Assembly (NCBI GenBank): GCA_965208655.1 | Contig: CBDBPJ010000003.1 | Location: 551,790-615,789 of the forward strand | Reading direction: 5' to 3' | Source of the DNA: Gammaproteobacteria bacterium | GTDB taxonomy: Bacteria; Pseudomonadota; Gammaproteobacteria; Eutrophobiales; Eutrophobiaceae | Length of the DNA stretch: 64,000 nt | Shown here: positions 57,752 to 64,000 of the stretch, piece after piece | Layout of the letters: each line of letters opens with the position of its first letter | Numbering within the stretch: position 1 is the stretch's first letter | Program-made: the position numbers and the translations under genes | Notes under the pieces: generated by a model | Database searches by the model: none | Told to the model about the DNA's origin: nothing | What the model saw: only the letters and a program-made list of their open reading frames with translations

Positions 57752-60312
57752 CCGCAAACAAAATCCTGCTACGGTCGAGCCGGCATTTTTTCCTGCGCCA
57801 CCCCTGGCAACTGATCCTGGCTGTAGCCGGCATCGTACTGGCTGTAGCCGTGGTGGTGTCCGTCGACCTGGTAAACAAAAGCGCCGGCCATGCCTTCGAA
57901 CGATCCACCGAAACCGTCGTCGGCAGGGCCACCCACCAGGTTGTTGGCGGACCTGCCGGTCTCGATGAAACGCTGTACACCCGAATGCGTGTAGACCATG
58001 GCATGCGCGACCTGGCGCCCGTGATCGAGGCCCACGTTACACTCCGGAAGGATGAACGGCGGGAGACCGTGGTCTTACTCGGTCTCGATCCCTTCGCGGA
58101 AAGGACATTCCGCGCATACGCCTGGTTCAACAACCTGCAGAACCCGGAAGGAGAGGGGGTGTTCATCCCCCTGTTGACGGAAAGAAATACCGTACTCCTC
58201 GACGCCGCCACGGCAAACCGCCTGGGCCTGGTGGAGAATGATGGTGCGACCCTGGTTACCGGCGGCCGGAGCATACCGGTTAGTGTCAAAGGCATCCTGG
58301 CCGGGTCCGTAGCGGGAACGTCTCAAAGTCCTGACAACCTTCTGTTGGCGGATATTGCCACCGCCCAGGAAGTACTTGATATGCCAGGACGGATTAACCG
58401 CATCGATGTGGTGCTCGAAGACGGGGACGCCGCGACGAAAAACCGGCTGGAATCCCTACTGCCTGACGGCGCGGCTTTGCTGCCGTCAAGCACGAGGACC
58501 CGTTCCCTGGAGCAGATGACCGGCGCTTTTCATACCAACCTCACCGCACTCAGCCTGCTGGCGCTGCTGGTGGGCATGTTTCTCATCTATAACACCATGA
58601 CCTTCATGGTGATGCAGCGACGTCCTCTGCTTGGCAGGTTGCGGGCCCTGGGGGCAACGCGGTGGCAACTGGGGGCGATGATTGCCATGGAGGCCTTGCT
58701 GGTGGGTCTGGCGGCTACTGCTGCCGGCCTGCTGTTCGGTATCGCATTGGCGCACGGCCTGCTACAGGTCGTAAACCGCACCTTAAACGAGGTCTATGAC
58801 CTGCTCACGGATGCGAATCTCACCCTGACGCACTTCTCATTGATCAAGGGCGTATTGCTGGGCACGGCAGGGACACTGCTGGCGGCCGGTCCCGCGGCGC
58901 TGGAAGCAACCAGGGTCACCCCGGGACAGGCGCTGCTGCGTTCCCACCTTGAAACGTCTGCACGGCGCGTGGTGCTGCCTGCGTCCCTTGCGGGCGTTGT
59001 TGCGCTGTGCGCAGGGGTTGCGGTTATCCAGCTTTCCAGTCCCGGTATCGGACTGGGCTTCAGCGGGATTTTTATCATAATTATGGGTGTTGCCCTGTTT
59101 ATACCCCTGGTGACCGTTGCCTTGATGGCCTGTTTAAAGCCCCTACTGGGCGGGGTCTTCGGTATTTCAGGCCGCTATGCCTGCCAGTCGGTATCGGCTT
59201 CCCTGAGCCGCACCACCGCGGCCGTCGCCGCCCTGATGATCGCCATCGCCACGGTCATCGGCATAGGCCTGATGGTCAATAATTTCCGTGTTTCCGTGGA
59301 CCGCTGGTTGCAACAGGCGCTGCGGGCGCAGATGTACGTATCGCTGCCGTCGACAGGCACGACGGCCTCGGCCCGTGCCCTGGATGCCGGAATGGCGGAA
59401 GCGATCCTTGCGCTGCCGCAGGTGAGCGCAGTCAGCAGTGTGCGGCGCATCAACATTGAATCGTCCCGGGGGCGGACTGAGCTTGCCGCCTACGGCCTGA
59501 ACGAGGTCGCATGGGAAGGGTTCCGGTTCAAACACGGCGATGCGGATGACATCTGGACTGACTTTCGCCAGCAAGACACGGTCATTGTTTCCGAGCCCTA
59601 TGCCTGGCGTCATGGACTGAAACCGGAAGATGTGCTGGAACTGCGCACCGATCACGGCAACCGGTCGTTCCGGGTGCTGGGCGTATACAAGGATTACGGT
59701 TCCGACCAGGGTGTGGTCAGCATGAGCCGGCGCACCTACGAACGCCACTGGCGCGACGACCGCTATTCGGGTTTCGGCATATACACACAGCCCGGAACGG
59801 ACCTGGAGGCGTTGCGCAGGCAGGTACGGCAACTGGCGCCTGAGCGGGACCTGTGGCTGCAGGACAGGGACAGGATACTGCAGACATCGCTGGAGGTATT
59901 TGACAATACCTTCGTCGTCACCGAGATCCTGCGGGTGCTGGCGGCCGTCATTGCTTTTATCGGCGTGTTCAGCGCACTCATGGCGTTACAACTGGAGCGC
60001 CGCCGGGAACACGCCCTGCTGCGGGCCGTGGGTTTTTTGCCCGGGCAGGTACGGCGGCTGATAATTTCGGAAACCGGACTACTGGGTCTTGTTGCCGGAC
60101 TGCTGGCGGTCCCCGTGGGTTGTCTCATCACCGCCCTGTTGATCCTGGTCATCAACCGCCGCTCCTTCGGCTGGACCATGGAATTGCAGTTCAGCGCGGA
60201 CATCATGCTCCAGGGCATTGGCCTCGGTCTTGCCGCGGCCCTGCTTGCCGGCATCTATCCCGCCTGGAAGATATCCCGTGCGGAACCGGCCGAGGCCCTG
60301 AGAACGGAGTAA
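57745..60312 (+). CDS. ABC transporter permease with duplicated FtsX domains (YbbP-like, 855 aa)
   Basis: Two blocks of TM helices with large periplasmic loops; overlaps the ATPase stop. Confidence 0.8.
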   Translation: MLTANKILLRSSRHFFLRHPWQLILAVAGIVLAVAVVVSVDLVNKSAGHAFERSTETVVGRATHQVVGGPAGLDETLYTRMRVDHGMRDLAPVIEAHVTLRKDERRETVVLLGLDPFAERTFRAYAWFNNLQNPEGEGVFIPLLTERNTVLLDAATANRLGLVENDGATLVTGGRSIPVSVKGILAGSVAGTSQSPDNLLLADIATAQEVLDMPGRINRIDVVLEDGDAATKNRLESLLPDGAALLPSSTRTRSLEQMTGAFHTNLTALSLLALLVGMFLIYNTMTFMVMQRRPLLGRLRALGATRWQLGAMIAMEALLVGLAATAAGLLFGIALAHGLLQVVNRTLNEVYDLLTDANLTLTHFSLIKGVLLGTAGTLLAAGPAALEATRVTPGQALLRSHLETSARRVVLPASLAGVVALCAGVAVIQLSSPGIGLGFSGIFIIIMGVALFIPLVTVALMACLKPLLGGVFGISGRYACQSVSASLSRTTAAVAALMIAIATVIGIGLMVNNFRVSVDRWLQQALRAQMYVSLPSTGTTASARALDAGMAEAILALPQVSAVSSVRRINIESSRGRTELAAYGLNEVAWEGFRFKHGDADDIWTDFRQQDTVIVSEPYAWRHGLKPEDVLELRTDHGNRSFRVLGVYKDYGSDQGVVSMSRRTYERHWRDDRYSGFGIYTQPGTDLEALRRQVRQLAPERDLWLQDRDRILQTSLEVFDNTFVVTEILRVLAAVIAFIGVFSALMALQLERRREHALLRAVGFLPGQVRRLIISETGLLGLVAGLLAVPVGCLITALLILVINRRSFGWTMELQFSADIMLQGIGLGLAAALLAGIYPAWKISRAEPAEALRTE

Positions 60313-60315
60313 CCG

Positions 60316-61491
60316 ATGTCAGGGCGTAAATTCATGAAATTCGTGAAGGTAATATTTATCCTGCCGGCAGTCCTTGCAATGTCCGGCTGTGCCGAAAGGA
60401 GTGAAGGGAACAGTGATGAACCGATTTCCGTCGCTAACGTATTGCGCGGCGATCCTGCCCAGGCCTTTGCCCGGGTTGGTGAGCCGCGAAAATTCATCTT
60501 CCCGGCCGACCATGGCCCCCACAACGAGTATCGCAGCGAATGGTGGTACTTCACCGGCAACATCGACGCGGGCGAGGAACGCCGCTTCGGCTACCAGCTC
60601 ACCTTTTTTCGGTTCCGGCCGAGAGCAGGGGAGACAAGCGGTTCTTCCCGCTGGCGGACTGAACATTTCTACATGGCCCACTTCGCCTTGAGCGATATCA
60701 ATAATGAAAGGATCCATGCCTTTGAGCGCTTCAGTCGCGGCGCCGCGGGTCTGGCCGGCGCCGGTGCGGACAGGTTGCATGTCTGGCTTGACGACTGGTC
60801 TGCAGAAGCGGCATCACGGGAGACATTCCCCCTGCGCATCCGCGCAAGGCAAGACCGGATCGGCCTGGACCTTACCCTGCAACAGGGCAAGGCTGTCGTC
60901 CTGCACGGTGAAGACGGCGTCAGCGTGAAGAACGGCGAACCGAGCAATGCCTCCTATTACTACTCGTACACCCGCATGCCGACAGAGGGTAGCATCAGCG
61001 TTGGAGATACGACCTACACGGTACGCGGCAACAGCTGGATGGACAGGGAGTGGAGCAGCAGCGCCCTGGGCAGGGAACAGGTCGGGTGGGACTGGTTTGC
61101 GCTGCAACTGTCAAACGATCACGAACTGATGTACTACCGTTTCCGCCGCGCGGACAACGCGGTTGACCGGTTCAGCTACGGCGCGGTTATTTTCCCGGAC
61201 GGGAGCATGCAGACGCTCGGTTTCGACCAGGTAGAGCTGGATATACTCGATACCTGGCCGAGCCCCGAAAGCAGTGTAATCTACCCGTCCGCATGGCGCC
61301 TGCGGGTGCCGGCACATGGGCTCGACCTCAACATCCGCCCGGCGCTGGCCGACCAGGAACTGGACCTGTCGTTCCGTTACTGGGAGGGCGCGGTGGAATT
61401 CAACGGCGCGTTCGGCGCAAATGAGGTAAATGGCCGCGGCTATGTGGAGCTTACCGGCTACGATGCAGCTTCCGCGCCGCGAACCCGGTAA
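60316..61491 (+). CDS. CrtC/AttH-like (hydroxyneurosporene-synthase-fold) lipoprotein
   Basis: Lipobox-like AMSGC; EWWYFTGN motif typical of the CrtC/AttH family; classic partner of ybbA/ybbP-type transporters. Confidence 0.6.
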   Translation: MSGRKFMKFVKVIFILPAVLAMSGCAERSEGNSDEPISVANVLRGDPAQAFARVGEPRKFIFPADHGPHNEYRSEWWYFTGNIDAGEERRFGYQLTFFRFRPRAGETSGSSRWRTEHFYMAHFALSDINNERIHAFERFSRGAAGLAGAGADRLHVWLDDWSAEAASRETFPLRIRARQDRIGLDLTLQQGKAVVLHGEDGVSVKNGEPSNASYYYSYTRMPTEGSISVGDTTYTVRGNSWMDREWSSSALGREQVGWDWFALQLSNDHELMYYRFRRADNAVDRFSYGAVIFPDGSMQTLGFDQVELDILDTWPSPESSVIYPSAWRLRVPAHGLDLNIRPALADQELDLSFRYWEGAVEFNGAFGANEVNGRGYVELTGYDAASAPRTR

Positions 61492-61532
61492 ACAGCAGTC
61501 AGGTTGCCGGCGTAAAGATCAAGGCCCGTAAA

Positions 61533-61952
61533 TCAGGTCCAGCCCAGCTCATCTAATGCCCACGCTGAGTTCCATATTTTCACCATGCCGGAAACAAGGT
61601 CATTATCATCGAGAGTCAGCACGTAAACGTAGTGCGAGTTAGTCCGTTTGTTTGTCGGCGGCACCGGCCCGCCCTCACCGGTATGGGTACCTGAAAACGT
61701 TGCGAAGTACAGTGCCGTTCGCGTTGCCTCATTATAGGACGATGCGTGCAGTTCGTAACCGCAGTCGGGCATCAGGTTAAGCCCGAGACCTGCCATCCAT
61801 TCGGTGTACCCTTCAACCGTATTTACTTCAGCCAGGGCGTCACTCTGGGCAACAAAGCCTGCGCCGGGCGCAACATATTGTTTACAGCCGTTCCAGCCCT
61901 CAAGCCCTTCACAGGCGTGGAAAAAACGGTTTGCGTTGTCAAATGCGGACAT
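61533..61952 (-). CDS. SnoaL/NTF2-like small protein
   Basis: 139 aa; SnoaL-like ester-cyclase pattern. Confidence 0.45.
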   Translation of the reverse strand: MSAFDNANRFFHACEGLEGWNGCKQYVAPGAGFVAQSDALAEVNTVEGYTEWMAGLGLNLMPDCGYELHASSYNEATRTALYFATFSGTHTGEGGPVPPTNKRTNSHYVYVLTLDDNDLVSGMVKIWNSAWALDELGWT

Positions 61953-62096
61953 GTGCGTCTCCTAAAGTTGATGTTTGCTCCAAGTACCAGGTTTTAATTT
62001 ATCGCAACAGGTGAGTATTGTATACAATATCAATCAAAACGATTGGTTAAACAGCCCTGCAACATACATGACAACACACCGCACCGGAAGTAATAC

Positions 62097-62768
62097 ATGA
62101 CCAGGAGTAAAGGTGTTATCGTCCAGTCGGAGCGTCTGCGCGATCAGATCTATAAATTGATCCGGGACGATTTGCGCACCGGCGCGCTGGCGCCCGGTGA
62201 ACGGTTGGTTGAAGTGAGCCTGGCAAAAAAACTGGGTGTATCCCGCACCCCGGTGCGTGAAGCGCTGTTCCAACTGGCCAGTGACGGTTTGCTGGCCGAA
62301 TCCAGCCGGGGTTACATGTTGCCGGTACACACTACTGAGGAAATCAGGGACAGGTTGGAGATACGCAGGCTGCTGGAACCGGAAATACTGCGCCGGGCAT
62401 GCGAAGAAGCCAGCAGCAAGCAGATTAAATCATTGCTGAAAGCCCTGGAAGAAGAGAAGAAATATATCGATGCGGAAGATGCGAGCAAGTTCATCGGCGC
62501 CAATGCCAACTTTCGCCTGGCGCTTTTAAGCATGTGCAAAAATCCGTTATTGACGAAATGTGCTGAACTGTACGATGACCAGTTTCAGTGTTTTCGTATC
62601 TGGGGATTGATTGATCCCAAAAACCGGGAACTCACGTCGGTCTCTCATGAAAAGATTTGCAACGCGATTAAAAACAGGAATCCCGTTACGGCGGTGCAAG
62701 CCTTGCAACAGTTACTGGACAGGGTCGAAGACATGCTGGGAGAGTACAGCGACAGCGTAGCTTCCTGA
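62097..62768 (+). CDS. GntR-family (FadR/FCD subfamily) transcriptional regulator
   Basis: N-terminal HTH LAPGERLVEVSLAKKLGVSRTPVREAL and C-terminal FCD-type helical domain. Confidence 0.85.
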   Translation: MTRSKGVIVQSERLRDQIYKLIRDDLRTGALAPGERLVEVSLAKKLGVSRTPVREALFQLASDGLLAESSRGYMLPVHTTEEIRDRLEIRRLLEPEILRRACEEASSKQIKSLLKALEEEKKYIDAEDASKFIGANANFRLALLSMCKNPLLTKCAELYDDQFQCFRIWGLIDPKNRELTSVSHEKICNAIKNRNPVTAVQALQQLLDRVEDMLGEYSDSVAS

Positions 62769-62823
62769 ATTCCTGCTGTTTAACCCGGGTAGATTTGTGA
62801 CAATCTATACAGGAGAAATCATT

Positions 62824-63777
62824 ATGTATCGTTGGCAGTTTTTGTATCTGGCCTGGTTGCTGGCAAGTTTCTCTCTGGCGCAGGGTAGCGTGGCTGGCGA
62901 AGAGCAATGGTTCCCTTCAAAATATGGTGCTGCCGATACGATCGGTGCGGCGAATAATCTTTCACCGGAGAAAACACTTCGGGCAACCAGGCTGGTCAAA
63001 CAGGGCAAGGCTGTTTCCCTGGCAATTAATACCGGCGCGGATACGCCGGCCCCACCGTTCCGTTCCTACCAGATGCACATCATGCACCCGGGTGACGGGA
63101 CCGGCGCGCCGGGCGGCCCGCTGCAGGCCACCTCAAACGATGACATGATGATAACGTGGCTGGGTATCGGGACCCAGATCGACGGACTGGGTCACGCGGG
63201 CATCAACCACCGCTATTACAACGGCGTCCATGCAAGGGATTTTGTCCGCCCTTCCGGCCTGGCCAAATTCGGCACGCACGAGATACCGCCGATAGTTACG
63301 CGTGGTGTGTTACTGGATCTGGCTGCGTTCCTCGGCCATGACATTGTGCCGGCAGGAACCGCGTACGGCCGCCGGGATATTGAGGGAGCAGCCGAACGCC
63401 AGGGACTGCGTATAGAACAGGGGGACGTGGTCCTGTTACATGGCGCCTGGATGAAAAACTACGAGGAGGGGGGCGGCGCCTGGCTCTGGCACGGCTGGCC
63501 GGGATTGAATGTCGAAGGCGCGCAATACCTGGCCGGACTGGGTGTCGTTGCCATCGGAGCGGATAATGCCGGGCTGGAGGCCTGGGACGGGACGGGCGGT
63601 GCGCCTGGCTCCGGGGTACACCAGGAATTGCTGGCCAAAAACGGTGTTTATATTATCGAGGGAGTGTGGACCCTGGACCTGGCTGCCGCCGGGGTTTCCG
63701 AATTTCTGTTCGTGCTGGGGCAACCGAAGTTTGTCGGTGCGGCGCAGATGGTGGTAAATCCCATAGCCATCTACTGA
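62824..63777 (+). CDS. Secreted cyclase-family protein (kynurenine-formamidase-like)
   Basis: Signal peptide from MYRWQFLYLAWLLASFSLAQG; GIGTQIDGLGHAG..H motif region of the cyclase family. Confidence 0.6.
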   Translation: MYRWQFLYLAWLLASFSLAQGSVAGEEQWFPSKYGAADTIGAANNLSPEKTLRATRLVKQGKAVSLAINTGADTPAPPFRSYQMHIMHPGDGTGAPGGPLQATSNDDMMITWLGIGTQIDGLGHAGINHRYYNGVHARDFVRPSGLAKFGTHEIPPIVTRGVLLDLAAFLGHDIVPAGTAYGRRDIEGAAERQGLRIEQGDVVLLHGAWMKNYEEGGGAWLWHGWPGLNVEGAQYLAGLGVVAIGADNAGLEAWDGTGGAPGSGVHQELLAKNGVYIIEGVWTLDLAAAGVSEFLFVLGQPKFVGAAQMVVNPIAIY

Positions 63778-63803
63778 AGCAGGTAAATATGCTCTATGCC
63801 GGT

Positions 63804-64000
63804 TTACCCGGCGTCCCTGTTCCAGTTCGGGTATTCCCTTAAGAACAGTAACATGGCGGCTGCCGCCACGATCAAGGCGGCATACGCGACCAGGACGCCC
63901 GTATAAGACCCCATTGCGTCATAACCCAGCCCCAGTACCAGCGGACTTAAACCGGACCCGATTATGTGTATGCCGTAAACAGAGCCGTAAAGTTCACCGT
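63804..64000 (-). CDS. 3' end of a membrane transporter gene (MFS-like C-terminal TM helix), truncated by the window edge
   Basis: Reverse translation gives hydrophobic ...GVLVAYAALIVAAAAMLLFLREYPNWNRDAG then stop. Confidence 0.35.
   Translation of the reverse strand, partial: GELYGSVYGIHIIGSGLSPLVLGLGYDAMGSYTGVLVAYAALIVAAAAMLLFLREYPNWNRDAG

Noticed and set aside
1-64000. CRISPR arrays, rRNA and tRNA genes
   Set aside because: No regularly spaced short direct repeats, and no rRNA-like or tRNA cloverleaf-like stretches, were recognised on reading the window. No computational scan was possible.

Overview
This 64-kb window looks like a high-GC (by eye) proteobacterial chromosome segment, dense in catabolic and accessory genes. 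All reads below are made by eye without database searches; product names rest on motifs and are family-level only.

The dominant theme is ATP-dependent hydantoinase/oxoprolinase-family enzymes. There are three complete HyuA-like genes, four complete HyuB-like genes, and a partial HyuB at the left edge. One set forms a tightly packed six-gene operon on the minus strand (9700-19520): hyuA, two tandem hyuB paralogs, a RidA-family gene, an alpha/beta hydrolase, and a TonB-dependent receptor. It faces a divergent TonB receptor + Tat-secreted amidohydrolase pair (19764-23415). Two further hyuAB pairs sit convergently (31048-38625), with a palindromic MITE-like repeat exactly at the meeting point.

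A second theme is four secreted tannase/feruloyl-esterase-family hydrolases (GCSxGG motif), including a tandem pair. Around them lie amidohydrolases, a TPP enzyme, a PhoD-like phosphatase, an SDR, an adenosylhomocysteinase-like protein, and NTF2/SnoaL-like small proteins. A CTP-type riboflavin-kinase(DUF120)-HAD fusion follows an orphan 2Fe-2S subunit.

The left 9 kb carries a Tat-secreted FAD amine oxidoreductase divergent from a class-III aminotransferase, and a low-GC STAS protein. The right end has a ybbA/ybbP-type ABC transporter with a CrtC/AttH-like lipoprotein, a GntR regulator and a cyclase-family protein.

Mobile and accessory DNA:
- An intact IS21-family element (istA/istB, 45526-47683, 4-bp CCGG duplication) splits a periplasmic PQQ-dependent dehydrogenase gene.
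- A low-GC island (about 48.9-53.6 kb) is bracketed by ~118-bp direct repeats derived from a brnA-like antitoxin gene start. It holds orphan antitoxins, a PIN-RHH pair and two AT-rich ORFs with no recognisable domains. This is the best candidate for something undescribed.

No rRNA, tRNA or CRISPR were seen. Most antisense or embedded ORFs in the six-frame track are high-GC artefacts.
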